Origin: Fibrobacteria bacterium
GTDB lineage: Bacteria; Fibrobacterota; Fibrobacteria; UBA11236
NCBI GenBank assembly: GCA_043732185.1
Contig: JAYTHY010000074.1
Span: 64,001 to 128,000 of the forward strand
Direction of reading: 5' to 3'
DNA: 64,000 bases
Shown here: positions 38,937 to 49,164 of the stretch, one piece after another
Layout: each line of letters starts with the position of its first letter
How positions within the stretch are numbered: position 1 is the stretch's first letter
Program-made: the position numbers and the translations under genes
The notes under the pieces: generated by a model
The model's database searches: none
What the model was told of the DNA's origin: nothing
Seen by the model: only the letters and a program-made list of their open reading frames with translations

Positions 38937-40124
38937 TCACAGCGGGGCAAATTGGATCTCTATCCCTTTTTCCAAAAAGAGATCCACGGATTGTGGTTTT
39001 ATTTTGCGTTTGAATTTGTCCAAAAGCAACAGGATTTGTGGTTTTTCCTTGGCGCTTAAATTGACCTTTGTGACGACGCCAATATTGCCAATCATGACCG
39101 GATAGGGCGATTTGATGACGACGATGCGCGTACCGGCAGGAAAAACAGGAATGGATGTGATCAAGGCATTGACGACATGGGAGTTCAATCCCTTGCCTGC
39201 ATCCGCGATGAGGGCGCGCATAGCATCCAATGGAGCTAAAGGCGCAACGGTTCCGGGCCGGGGGGAAATGCCACTGATGTATTTATCGGCTACCGCAGCC
39301 ACTTGGGCATAGCGATGAATATTGCCTCCCGCATGATGCAACGTTTTTTGTGGAAGCACATCATCCGCTTTTAGTGCACGGGGAAATCCACAACCATCCA
39401 ACCGTTCATGATGCTGGTAGGCCACATGGGCGGTATTGATATTGATGCCATCATTGGCCCTTAAGATGACGAATCCTACGGAAGGATGTTCTTGTAACAA
39501 CAGGTTTTCCCTCAATGACAACGGGCCTGTTTTCGCAAAAATAGCATCGGGTATGATGATCATGCCCAGATCCATCAGGAAGCAGCCCAGCGCCATGTCT
39601 TGAATGTCCGGCATCGGGAACTTAAGCTTTGACGCAAGCATCGTAGCCATGATGGTCACATCCAGACAGTGTTGATGGAGATACCCATCCTTGGTGCGCA
39701 TGGATGCCAGATTCACCAGAATGGGTTCCTGGCCCAGAATCGACCGAATGATTTGATCGACAATCGATTTCATCTGCTCGGTTGCGATCATGTTTTTGAA
39801 CCGACCAGGGTCTGCCTTAAAATGGGTCAGATTCTCCAATGTGGCGTCTTGAACTTCGCTGATCTTCTGGATCATGCTCATATTGTCTTTCCAGGCCTGC
39901 TGGGCCTGGAGGGCGAGTTGATCGTTGACATTTCCAGTGGGCTGGGTTTCATCTCCTTCCATATGCACCCAAATGGAACGCATACCCGTGCGCTTACATC
40001 GCGCAATGACAGCTTCATCCAGAAGAAAGCCGGCCGCCAACTGAATGCCATTTCCCCCACCGCCTAAAACGGAGCGGGCCACCATCATCCCAGGGGTGAC
40101 TTCTTCAATGGAAAGCTCAATCAT
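38937..40124 (-). CDS. Degenerate HD-GYP domain protein
   Basis: HHERLDGCGFP, VAAVAD and HP.VG are present, but the HD dyad reads MD (GCFLMDLG). Confidence 0.85.
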   Translation of the reverse strand: MIELSIEEVTPGMMVARSVLGGGGNGIQLAAGFLLDEAVIARCKRTGMRSIWVHMEGDETQPTGNVNDQLALQAQQAWKDNMSMIQKISEVQDATLENLTHFKADPGRFKNMIATEQMKSIVDQIIRSILGQEPILVNLASMRTKDGYLHQHCLDVTIMATMLASKLKFPMPDIQDMALGCFLMDLGMIIIPDAIFAKTGPLSLRENLLLQEHPSVGFVILRANDGININTAHVAYQHHERLDGCGFPRALKADDVLPQKTLHHAGGNIHRYAQVAAVADKYISGISPRPGTVAPLAPLDAMRALIADAGKGLNSHVVNALITSIPVFPAGTRIVVIKSPYPVMIGNIGVVTKVNLSAKEKPQILLLLDKFKRKIKPQSVDLFLEKGIEIQFAPL

Positions 40125-40309
40125 AGCGGTTTTTGATTTCCCTCAAGATAAGGAATTATCCCATAAAATTGAGGCAATGATGTTGCATTCGGGCCAAAAA
40201 ATAGAATCGGGCCGCTCAAGCGTTTTAAGTCTGGCTGGAAGCCTGAGTTCCGCAGGAGATTTCCCGGTTTTGGTACTAAGTTTTATACCATCCAAACTGC
40301 CAGGAGCCT

Positions 40310-42295
40310 ATGAAAACATCCTCGACCAAACGACTCGCCCTCATCGGAGCGTGCTGCTCTTTACTCACTGTTCGTATTAATGCAGCGCTTAACTATGAAG
40401 CAGGCTTCTCGGAAATCGAACCTGTGAGCTTCAAACTCCAAATACCTTCCGTATCCACTGCATCCTACACAAGTTCACGCACTCGACTTTTTTACGCCTT
40501 TCAACCTGCCGATGTCGATCAAGCCAACAAGCCGTTAGCTATTTTTTTTAATGGCGGTCCAGGCAGTTCCACCGGTCTTTTGTGGGGATTCAATACCAGC
40601 CATATGACCCTGGATTCGTCGCGCACCGGTGGCAAAGCCATTGCCTCCAACCCTTATACCTGGTCGAGTTTCGCCAACCTGCTTTATGTCGATGCGCGCT
40701 GTACTGGCTTTTCCTATGGCATGATGACGAATCCTCAGAACGATGTCGCCCGAGCCGCCGAATTCCATCTCCGGAATTTCAACTCCTATATCGATGGTGC
40801 CGATTTTGTGCGATTGTTGCTGCGTTTTCTGAAAAGTCATCCGGAACTTCGAACCAATCCAGTGGTGGTGGTTGGGGAAAGTTATGGTGGAATCCGGGCG
40901 GATGTTATTTTCGATTTGCTGCTGCGTTATCAGGAGTTCGGAAATGGAAATGAAATTTATCAAGATACGGCATTGGTTAGAGAGATCAAGGAGCATTATG
41001 CCTTTGCCTTTCCAACTTTTGTGGGCCAAACCGTGCCGCCTACAACTATTGCCACGCAATTCGGCCACCAAGTCCTCATCCAGCCCGTGATGGCCAGCAG
41101 GGCCATGGCCGATTCTCAGGCCGGTAACATGTGGGAATTGCCCGGTTCGATCATTTACGATTTAGCCAAGGAAACCGGACGCACATTTACACCCTGCGCC
41201 CAAGCGGGATGCAATAAGATGAACAACGCCATAGCCTTTGTACAGGCTGCGGGACGGGATTTGTATGCCATTCACAAACCAATGAATTGGGTCAATGGAA
41301 ATGTGGCCCTGCTGCCGTTAAGACTCAACGACATTTCAGTTCTGCAAGCGATGACTGTAATCGATCCTCATACAATTACGCAACTCTATGCAACTAGCCG
41401 TGCCCAAGCGTACCGGGTAAACGCCCTGACTCCACTGGGCGTGACGGAAGCCTGGTTGTCGCAAGGTGGACAGGAAGCCCTTCCCATTGGACCCATGGCC
41501 TTGGCCAAATACAATGCGTCCATGGTTGCCGCAGAAAGTCTTTCCACTGTATTTGGCCCCTTGCAGGCCTGGGATCGGTACTACATGACCAATCACAACG
41601 ATTTCGATTTGACTTTCTATGGCGCCGATGCCTTCAAATATCAAATCAGCCCCAATAGCAACCTTTTTGGCGAAAGGGCGCTTCGGAATATGTACTACAT
41701 CAAAACCTTCATCACCAATGCCAGAAATGACATGGTCTGCTATGCACCCGCCTTGAAACCCGTGTTCTTAAAATTTCCATCCCTGGTGTCCGGAGTTGTG
41801 ATTGATACCGTTCAACCCGTCACCGAAACGCGGCGCGGCGAAATGCGATTAGCGTATCAGGCCGGTGTTTTCGGAGAAAAACTTCCCGCGCAAACCCGCA
41901 CCATCCGGTTTCCCTATTACGCCAATTCCGGCCATGCGGTTTCCCTTTTCCAGCCACAAGAACTGATGCAAGATGTCAAGGCCTGGCTGACTCAAAGCAT
42001 CATTGTCGGCAATGGTCCATCGGATCACAGCGGAACAAAGCAGAATATCAACTTTACTTTTTCTGCGCAAGATGGAAACCTGAGAACCTGGGTTCATTCT
42101 GAAAGAGCACAACACATTCGACTCGATCTTTTTCAAAAGGACGGGAAAAAGGTGGCTACGCTTTTCTCCGGCTCCATTTCATCTGGATCGACAGAAGTCC
42201 ATGCGCCTTTGCAGATTCTCGGTGCAGGGGAATACCTTGCAGTGCTCAGCGGCGAAGGCAACGCGCGTGTTACCCGCTTATTGGCCTTACCATAG
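40310..42295 (+). CDS. Secreted serine carboxypeptidase (S10-like) with T9SS-like tail
   Basis: FFNGGPGSS, NLLYVD..TGFSYG, GESYGG, SGHAV; tail DLFQKDGKKVATL...AGEYL. Confidence 0.85.
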   Translation: MKTSSTKRLALIGACCSLLTVRINAALNYEAGFSEIEPVSFKLQIPSVSTASYTSSRTRLFYAFQPADVDQANKPLAIFFNGGPGSSTGLLWGFNTSHMTLDSSRTGGKAIASNPYTWSSFANLLYVDARCTGFSYGMMTNPQNDVARAAEFHLRNFNSYIDGADFVRLLLRFLKSHPELRTNPVVVVGESYGGIRADVIFDLLLRYQEFGNGNEIYQDTALVREIKEHYAFAFPTFVGQTVPPTTIATQFGHQVLIQPVMASRAMADSQAGNMWELPGSIIYDLAKETGRTFTPCAQAGCNKMNNAIAFVQAAGRDLYAIHKPMNWVNGNVALLPLRLNDISVLQAMTVIDPHTITQLYATSRAQAYRVNALTPLGVTEAWLSQGGQEALPIGPMALAKYNASMVAAESLSTVFGPLQAWDRYYMTNHNDFDLTFYGADAFKYQISPNSNLFGERALRNMYYIKTFITNARNDMVCYAPALKPVFLKFPSLVSGVVIDTVQPVTETRRGEMRLAYQAGVFGEKLPAQTRTIRFPYYANSGHAVSLFQPQELMQDVKAWLTQSIIVGNGPSDHSGTKQNINFTFSAQDGNLRTWVHSERAQHIRLDLFQKDGKKVATLFSGSISSGSTEVHAPLQILGAGEYLAVLSGEGNARVTRLLALP

Positions 42296-42348
42296 CGGGA
42301 GCAGTATATTGAAATACGCGTCAAATGAATTCAAGGGGACTCGATCCA

Positions 42349-43593
42349 ATGCAAAATCTTTTCGCCACACTTTTCGCCGTGCCCGTAAGTCTTTTATTAA
42401 CCGGCGCACCCGCGGCTACAGTGATTCCGCCCTCTGATACCAACTTCTTAAACGGCCTTTCCCCCTTGAACTGGGTTCGCAACTCCGCCTACGTCTGTAC
42501 TCCCGTCGGAGGGGCTTCCTTAAAGATCGGATTTACGGGAACGCGCCAAGTCACGTTGAATGTGGATACCAAGCATATTAAAACCAGCGCAGCCGGACGG
42601 TATCCGATTTTGGCCTGGTCCGTAAACGGGAGTGCGCCTCAATCGCATCAGCTCGTCCTCAATGAGACCTCCATACAACTGACTACTAATGCCACTAATC
42701 CCATCATCGATTTGTATTGTAAAGGGTTTTCTCCCTTTGAAAACCGGTGGTTGGGAGACATTCCGGAAAATTCCGTAAAAATCACCGGGTTCACGGTGGA
42801 CAGTGGCGGAGCAACGGTGGTCCTTCCCTTGCCTACTAAGGTGTGGATGAATATCGGCAATTCCATTGAGGCAGGAGATGCCGCGGCTTACGGTGCTGGA
42901 CAGGGTAGGCCGCCGGATGATTTATGGGCAGCCTCGGACGATGCGCGGAAAAGCTACGGTTACCTTTTGGCAAACCACTATGGATACAGTGAAGTTCGCT
43001 TAGCCTATGGCGGATGGAATTGGGGTGGAGGGATTGCCATTCCAGGCTTGAGTCCAGTTATAGACAATATTACCAGTACCGTGAGCCGCTTAACGACCTC
43101 ACTTTTCAATCCGATTCCCGATATCATACTGATCAACCTTGGTGAAAATGGTGTACCCATTAGCACTGATGTTACCGGCGCTTTGACCAAACTCCGCAGC
43201 CGCGTCAATGCTGCAACCAAAATCATCGTCATGGTCCCCGTATCCGGCAAGGCGCGTGCCGTCCTTACAGCGGCATTTAACACTTATAAGAGTGGAGCCA
43301 ATGACATGAATGCCTATCTCGTAGACTTGGGAAGTATCACTTTTGCAACGGCCGATGGCGTACACCCAACAGGCGTGGGCCATCTCTCAATTTACAATGC
43401 TGCCTTACCCGCCTTGAATACCCTTATACCAACAACACACATTAGGGGCGAAGCGAAAAGGGATATAAATCGAAGCGTTCAAAGCGAAATTTCTTTTGGA
43501 AAATCCTCCGCGCAATACTCTGTCACATTTTCCAAGGCTTCGGGTATTTTAAAAGTCTATTCTCTAGCTGGAAAGCAGAGACAATCGAAATAG
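42349..43593 (+). CDS. Secreted SGNH/GDSL hydrolase (esterase-like)
   Basis: IGNSI (block I), INLGEN (block III), DGVHP (block V); short tail VYSLAGK. Confidence 0.75.
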   Translation: MQNLFATLFAVPVSLLLTGAPAATVIPPSDTNFLNGLSPLNWVRNSAYVCTPVGGASLKIGFTGTRQVTLNVDTKHIKTSAAGRYPILAWSVNGSAPQSHQLVLNETSIQLTTNATNPIIDLYCKGFSPFENRWLGDIPENSVKITGFTVDSGGATVVLPLPTKVWMNIGNSIEAGDAAAYGAGQGRPPDDLWAASDDARKSYGYLLANHYGYSEVRLAYGGWNWGGGIAIPGLSPVIDNITSTVSRLTTSLFNPIPDIILINLGENGVPISTDVTGALTKLRSRVNAATKIIVMVPVSGKARAVLTAAFNTYKSGANDMNAYLVDLGSITFATADGVHPTGVGHLSIYNAALPALNTLIPTTHIRGEAKRDINRSVQSEISFGKSSAQYSVTFSKASGILKVYSLAGKQRQSK

Positions 43594-43611
43594 TAACTCG
43601 GCCAAAAAAAA

Positions 43612-45027
43612 TCAGGACAGCTGCTTTGGGAATATCAACGTAACTTCTGTTCCCGTGCTGACCTGACTGGTCATACTGATACTTCCGCCATGCGCTTCCA
43701 TAATTCTTTTGCACAAGCTCAGTCCTAGTCCATAGCCACCCGTTTCCCGTGATCTGGAAGGGTCTACTCGGTAAAACGGTTGAAATAGTTTTGGTATTTC
43801 TTCGCTAGGAATTCCTGTGCCATGATCTCGAACCCTAACTGTAACTGAATGTTCGTTCGCCAAAATGCGGATTTCTATTGGCGCGTTTTGCCCTTGTGAA
43901 AACTTACAGGCATTGTCCAGCACATTGGTCATGACTTTTCTGATTCGACTCGCATCGACATGGACCCGCAATCCTGCTGTCTCTACTTGCCTCTCGGGCA
44001 TACCCAGGCCCAGGCCCATGTCCATGCCGATGCCCATGAGCATGGCCCCGGGAGGCCGTCCACTCAGCTCTTTTATGGACTCACATACCATATCGCCTAG
44101 ATCGATTTCTTCCAATTGCAGCTTTCCATGCACGCTGTCCAACCGCGCTGCCTCCAGGATTTCGCCGATCATGGTTTCCATTTCGCGAATGTCTTCGCGT
44201 ATGCTGTCAGTATTCGTGCCCTCCGGGGTCAATTCCAACGCAACCTTGATACGCGTCAATGGTGAGCGGAGTTCATGGCTGACGTCCAACAGGAGTTGCT
44301 CCCTAGCCTTGACCAGCGCTGCCAAACGGCTGGACATAGTATTGAATGATTTGGCCAAATCTCCGAATTCATCGTGACTGCAAACCGGTACCTGATGGCC
44401 CAAATCACCTTGGCCCAATCTGTCTACGGCTGCAGAAAGGCTTTTAAGAGGAGACAACAATCGGCGGATGGCAAAAAAAGCACCAGCCAAAACTACGGAG
44501 AGAATCAGGATGACCAGTGCCAGATAGGCAACATGGTTTTCCATCAAATGGCGAAAATCCGGTACGAACAGAAACTGTCCTTGACCCTTGGAAACATTGA
44601 CGCAAAACTTTCCTCGACACCAGCCTACCTTGCCCATTTCCCCAGCTGGCAACAACTCGCGTCTATCCGTTTTGAATGCCGATTCCGAATGAACCTTATC
44701 CTGAAGTTTTTCCTTTCCAAGTTCCGGCCGTGAATCCCAAATTCCCTCCGGTCCCTCGTAGCGAATACGCAAAGAATATTTTTCCGATAAGAGTCGGGCT
44801 TTAGCCGTATCCGGTGGTGACCCGATTTCTGCGGCCAGGAATTGGGCGTAATGGCCGACATTTTTTTCCATCGCCGCATGGGCTTGCCCGGAAAACAACA
44901 ATCGATAGAATCCGCCCACGGTGAAATCAACCAAGCATCCCGTGGCCACCAAGACCAGGAAAAGCTTGGGCATCAGGGAATGACCCTTGCGTCTAGACTG
45001 CTTGCGCATCGTCCACGCTCTCCTCAT
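43612..45027 (-). CDS. HAMP-domain sensor histidine kinase (CpxA-like); start uncertain
   Basis: Two TM segments, HAMP, DVSHELRSPL, NVLDNACKF, DHGTG, GGYGLGL. Confidence 0.92.
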   Translation of the reverse strand: MRRAWTMRKQSRRKGHSLMPKLFLVLVATGCLVDFTVGGFYRLLFSGQAHAAMEKNVGHYAQFLAAEIGSPPDTAKARLLSEKYSLRIRYEGPEGIWDSRPELGKEKLQDKVHSESAFKTDRRELLPAGEMGKVGWCRGKFCVNVSKGQGQFLFVPDFRHLMENHVAYLALVILILSVVLAGAFFAIRRLLSPLKSLSAAVDRLGQGDLGHQVPVCSHDEFGDLAKSFNTMSSRLAALVKAREQLLLDVSHELRSPLTRIKVALELTPEGTNTDSIREDIREMETMIGEILEAARLDSVHGKLQLEEIDLGDMVCESIKELSGRPPGAMLMGIGMDMGLGLGMPERQVETAGLRVHVDASRIRKVMTNVLDNACKFSQGQNAPIEIRILANEHSVTVRVRDHGTGIPSEEIPKLFQPFYRVDPSRSRETGGYGLGLSLCKRIMEAHGGSISMTSQVSTGTEVTLIFPKQLS

Positions 45028-45709
45028 CGCCTATATACATATACCCGGACCCGCGCACGGTTTTAAGAAAAGCGGGATGGCGTGGATCATCCGAAAGTTT
45101 TTGCCGCAATCGGCTGATGAGCACATCGATGGAACGGTTGTAAGGCTCCCATTCCAATCCCTTGGTTCTATCTAATATGTGATCTCGATCCATGACCTTG
45201 CCGGGGCTACGCGCAAAAAGCGCCAGCACTTCGAACTCCATCGCGGTGAGGTCGATCGATTTACCTGCCAGGAGAGCTTCCTTACGTCGGAAATCGAGTT
45301 CCAGTCTTCCATGTTTTAGTCTGTCAGGGGGCTCGCTGCCATTTCCACGCCGCAGCACCGTTTGGATTCGGGCCACCAGTTCTCGTGGTTCAAAGGGTTT
45401 GGGTAGGTAATCGTCCGCACCCAGCTCTAATCCCAGAACCCGGTCCGCCACTTCTCCCCGTGCCGTAAGCATAATGATAGGCACAGTAAAATCCCGCCTA
45501 ATCTCCTTGCACATTTCAAAGCCATCCCGACCCGGTAACATCACGTCCAAAATCACCATATCCGGAATCTCGCGGCGCATAAAGCGAATGGCCTCATCAG
45601 GATGGGCCACAGCCACGACTTTAAAGCCGAACTTTTCCAGATAATCGGTGAGCAGTCGGCCCAGCTTGCGATCATCATCCAGTATGAGCACGGTTTTCAT
45701 AGTTGCCAT
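44993..45709 (-). CDS. OmpR-family response regulator (CpxR-like)
   Basis: ILDDD, LDVMLPG, LGADDYLPKPF, RSIDVLISRLRQK, KTVRGSGY. Confidence 0.95.
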   Translation of the reverse strand: MATMKTVLILDDDRKLGRLLTDYLEKFGFKVVAVAHPDEAIRFMRREIPDMVILDVMLPGRDGFEMCKEIRRDFTVPIIMLTARGEVADRVLGLELGADDYLPKPFEPRELVARIQTVLRRGNGSEPPDRLKHGRLELDFRRKEALLAGKSIDLTAMEFEVLALFARSPGKVMDRDHILDRTKGLEWEPYNRSIDVLISRLRQKLSDDPRHPAFLKTVRGSGYMYIGDEESVDDAQAV

Positions 45710-45773
45710 CCTTGGTCGGGAACCGCGCATGGCACGACTCCCGACATGTTCGGAAAGGTAGAGCATCGAAGCC

Positions 45774-46220
45774 TTAGCGGCAATACTCCTGAAGCTTGCC
45801 GGCCAGCTTTTCCCGCTGCGAGGCGTCCAGCATGGCATGGAACTCGGCAAATTCAACGATGAGAAAACCTCTGAGATCCTTCATCTTGGCCTCGCGTTCC
45901 TCAAAACTCTGGTTCAGCTTTCCCTGATCCACCGTTTCGGATCGCAATTGAGTCAAGAACACATCTTGCAGCCCAGCATGCACCGCACTGAACTCGCCTT
46001 TGCGGGCGAGAATATCGTTCTTGATTTTATCCAGCTTGGCTTTTTGCGCATCAGTCAAATCCAGCTCCTTGCCAATCCGCTTGGTGATATGCTCGGCCCG
46101 CTTTTCAGGTGAAGAGCGCATGCAAAAGCCACCATGCCCGTGACAACCGGATAGAAACAAAGCGCCTGCGGTTATAGCCAGCAAGGGAAAAGCGATTTTG
46201 GAAATTCTTCGTAGTAACAT
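45774..46220 (-). CDS. Spy/CpxP-family periplasmic protein (probable lipoprotein)
   Basis: AGGAG RBS; lipobox LSGC; ELDLTDAQK and LDASQR (LTxxQ-type motifs). Confidence 0.85.
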   Translation of the reverse strand: MLLRRISKIAFPLLAITAGALFLSGCHGHGGFCMRSSPEKRAEHITKRIGKELDLTDAQKAKLDKIKNDILARKGEFSAVHAGLQDVFLTQLRSETVDQGKLNQSFEEREAKMKDLRGFLIVEFAEFHAMLDASQREKLAGKLQEYCR

Positions 46221-46324
46221 TAGGTCTCCTTGGTTTGTCCCGACTACCTGCCGGGGGAAACGGCACTTTGCCGTCGTTGAGTAGAGAAGATACTGGGCTA
46301 AAGTAAGCGGCTTATGTTTGTTCC

Positions 46325-46339
46325 GTAACAAAGTGTAAC
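46325..46339. promoter_or_regulatory. Putative CpxR/OmpR-type tandem binding box
   Basis: GTAAC-AAAGT-GTAAC direct repeat between the divergent cpxP-like and rhomboid genes. Confidence 0.5.
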
Positions 46340-46368
46340 CAAAGCGTTGATTACTACCTTAAAGAACC

Positions 46369-46971
46369 ATGCTGACCTATATCCTAATCGGCCTAAACGT
46401 AGGTATTTCGCTATGGGCCTTTTCCGCCATGCGCAAACCGGGTTCTGCCAAGTCTTATCTTTTTATTCCGTATGAGGTCGCGCAAGGCCGCAATCTTTTG
46501 GGTGTGCTGCTTTCCAATTTCTCCCATGCGGATGCCTGGCATATTATTTTCAACATGCTGACTCTATTTTATTTCGGTCCCGTTGTCGAGCATTTCCTTG
46601 GTCCCAAGATGCTTGTAGTCTATGGCCTTTCGGGCATTGCTGCACTGCTGCTCATCTTCCTCCTACGCCGCAACAATCCCCAATACCGGGTGCTAGGCGC
46701 CAGTGGATCGATTACGGGAATATTGTTTGCCGCCATCGTACTCAAACCGGAAATGAGTATTTATTTCATGGTGCTGCCTATTCCCATACCCGCACCAGTA
46801 TTCGCCCTTAGCTACATCGCTTATTCGACATTTCTCCTGGATAGGCAGGTTGGCAATGTCTCCCATGAAGCCCATATCGGCGGCGCCGTAACCGGTTTCT
46901 TATCCGCCGGACTCCTTTCCTCTTACGGCTTCAGCCAAGTTGTCGAGCGCATTCATCGACTTTTGCCTTGA
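46369..46971 (+). CDS. Rhomboid family intramembrane serine protease
   Basis: FSHADAWHIIFNM, GASG, SHEAHIGG. Confidence 0.93.
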   Translation: MLTYILIGLNVGISLWAFSAMRKPGSAKSYLFIPYEVAQGRNLLGVLLSNFSHADAWHIIFNMLTLFYFGPVVEHFLGPKMLVVYGLSGIAALLLIFLLRRNNPQYRVLGASGSITGILFAAIVLKPEMSIYFMVLPIPIPAPVFALSYIAYSTFLLDRQVGNVSHEAHIGGAVTGFLSAGLLSSYGFSQVVERIHRLLP

Positions 46972-47651
46972 ACAGCCCTTCCCACCCCATTAGCCCTTGG
47001 AAAGAGACGCTCGCCGCTGGCCGCGCCAATCTCATTCCTGGTTTGGCCCTGCAATCTTTTGCTTTGGCTCTAGTCTTGGCATACTATTTTCATCCACCAA
47101 CTCATGCGCTGCTGGAGGTCCTGGCCGCGTTTAAATCCCGGCTAGGACTGCGCTACAGCTCCATTGCCACTGCCTTGGCCGGTGGGGTTATACCCTCGCT
47201 GTTCCTATGGATCAATCCCCGTACCCGTGCTGTTACCCCATTTTCCCACATGCTTTTCTTCACCCTTTTCTGGGCGTATAAAGGAATCGAAGTGGATTTG
47301 ATGTATCGGCTTCAGGCTTGGATGTTTGGCGTGGAACCCTCATTTTGGGTGATTCTTAAAAAGGTATTGGTGGATGAGTTCGTCTTTACTGCTTTTTATT
47401 TCGCTCCAGCAGCCCTTTGTATTTTCCACTGGAAAGAATCAGGGTTTCCTTTTACCGGGCTCAAGGACTTCGGCTGGGTGTCTTTTCTGAAACGAAACTT
47501 GCCTAAAGCGCTGTTAACCACATGGGTCGTATGGCTTCCCGCTGTGGCCATTATTTACAGTTTACCAGCGCCATTGCAGATGCCGCTTTTCAATATCGTG
47601 CTGTGTTTCTTTTCCCTGATTTATATCACCCTAACTCGAAAGCAAGCCTAG
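46968..47651 (+). CDS. Mpv17/PMP22-like membrane protein
   Basis: Multiple TM segments; KVLVDEFVF, WVVWLPAVAIIYSLP..LQ.P. Confidence 0.55.
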   Translation: MNSPSHPISPWKETLAAGRANLIPGLALQSFALALVLAYYFHPPTHALLEVLAAFKSRLGLRYSSIATALAGGVIPSLFLWINPRTRAVTPFSHMLFFTLFWAYKGIEVDLMYRLQAWMFGVEPSFWVILKKVLVDEFVFTAFYFAPAALCIFHWKESGFPFTGLKDFGWVSFLKRNLPKALLTTWVVWLPAVAIIYSLPAPLQMPLFNIVLCFFSLIYITLTRKQA

Positions 47652-47685
47652 CCCCGACTCAGCCTGGGTTAGGCGACGCTCAAGC

Positions 47686-48381
47686 TCAGGTCCGCTCAAA
47701 TAAAACGGAATTTCCCACTTTACCCACCGGCCGCAAAATGTCCATGCGGACCAGGCAATAAGTCATTCTGGCAATGCGAAAATACGGCTGCTTTAAAGCT
47801 GTGGCAATTTCCCGGTTTGTGGAAGGACCAGTCCAGTCCTTCGGAAGCAGTCGCAGAAAGTCCCGACCCGTCTCGAACAATTCCCGACTGGTTACTTCCA
47901 AAAGCAGGTGATCTTTGATGCTGGTTCCCTTGCGACGCCAGCTTCCTTTGCCGTCTTCGCAGCGCAGTTCTTCTTCCTTAATCAGCACCACTTCCACTGA
48001 AAAATTGGGATCCAGTATGAGCTGCGGAAAGCTGACCAACTCATCGAAAAGGTCGTAGAGACTTCCCCGCTTGGGCGATTTGCGGCGACTCAAAAAGGTG
48101 GTTCCATCCTTGGCCAGTTTGGTGATCCATTTTTCCACGGCTACGGGATGGACAATACGCACGGGCCGATCTGGAAGCAATACTTGTAGTTTGCGTTTCA
48201 AGCTGGAAAAACTGCCAGTTTGTATTTCAATGATTTGCTCACCTCTGCGGATATCCACCCAGTATCCGCCGACTTTTTCCTCTACACAATCCCCAGGTTC
48301 GGTATACAACCGTTTCAGGTTGGCATGCATAGAGCGTTCGCGTAGGGTGCCAATCAAAAAGTCGCTTCCAGGAAGGCTCAT
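47686..48381 (-). CDS. Conserved hypothetical protein, possible PD-(D/E)xK-like nuclease fold with C-terminal HTH
   Basis: ERSMHANLK, VDI...IIEIQT, RRKSPK and a C-terminal winged-helix-like segment. Confidence 0.5.
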   Translation of the reverse strand: MSLPGSDFLIGTLRERSMHANLKRLYTEPGDCVEEKVGGYWVDIRRGEQIIEIQTGSFSSLKRKLQVLLPDRPVRIVHPVAVEKWITKLAKDGTTFLSRRKSPKRGSLYDLFDELVSFPQLILDPNFSVEVVLIKEEELRCEDGKGSWRRKGTSIKDHLLLEVTSRELFETGRDFLRLLPKDWTGPSTNREIATALKQPYFRIARMTYCLVRMDILRPVGKVGNSVLFERT

Positions 48382-48543
48382 GAGCCGAATAATAGCATTG
48401 TAGTGGCTACCTCATCAGATGTATGGAGACGTTGGCAATTTATTTTAGTTGACCGTGTTTTCTAGCCGCCCGTATACTTGATAGTACTAGCAAAGGCCAG
48501 TATTTGCAGGCCATGGAACATACTTTTTTGGAGATCAAGACCC

Positions 48544-49164
48544 ATGTCCGAAAAGTATAATGTCAGACTGAATTACATCTCCAACTTGTTTTTAAAGTGC
48601 ACGGTAGCCCTGATTTCCGGCGCCTTACTTTCTTCACTACTCGCCTGGTTTATTTATGGCGGACTGGAATCGCCATCATATGGGGCGGCAATAACCCAGA
48701 TGGATCGAATACGAGTTGGCTTGTTCAGGGTAACGCTTTTTTGCGCAGTTGCGCAAGTATTCTTGGCCATCGCTCTGCTATGGATTATCGGCATTTACGC
48801 ATCAAATAAAATAGCCGGGCCGCTGATCCGCTTTGAGAAATGCTTGAAAAATCTTGGCGAGGGAAACCTGTTCCAGTCCATCCAATTTAGAATCGGCGAT
48901 CAGGATCAACGCTTGCCCTTGGCCTTGCAGGCGACCTGTTCGCGGCTACGCGAGAGGATTAGGCGGGGAAAGGATAGCGCCGATGCGCTTGGCGAATTGA
49001 GCGAGCAACTTGCAAAGGAAAGCGACCCAAACCTTTCCGAAGAAGAGATAAAAATAGCACGGTCTATTCTAGCCAGTCACAGCGATCAATTAAAAAAAAT
49101 AGGGGTCCTCGCAGCCTATTCCAAAGAAGATCCTGAGGGGTTGGAAGCAAAAGTCCATGCATAA
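48544..49164 (+). CDS. Two-TM membrane protein with HAMP-like domain and no output domain
   Basis: GGAGA RBS; two TM helices, then SNKIAGPLIRF...GEGNL..IQFRIGDQ and a short coiled coil. Confidence 0.7.
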   Translation: MSEKYNVRLNYISNLFLKCTVALISGALLSSLLAWFIYGGLESPSYGAAITQMDRIRVGLFRVTLFCAVAQVFLAIALLWIIGIYASNKIAGPLIRFEKCLKNLGEGNLFQSIQFRIGDQDQRLPLALQATCSRLRERIRRGKDSADALGELSEQLAKESDPNLSEEEIKIARSILASHSDQLKKIGVLAAYSKEDPEGLEAKVHA

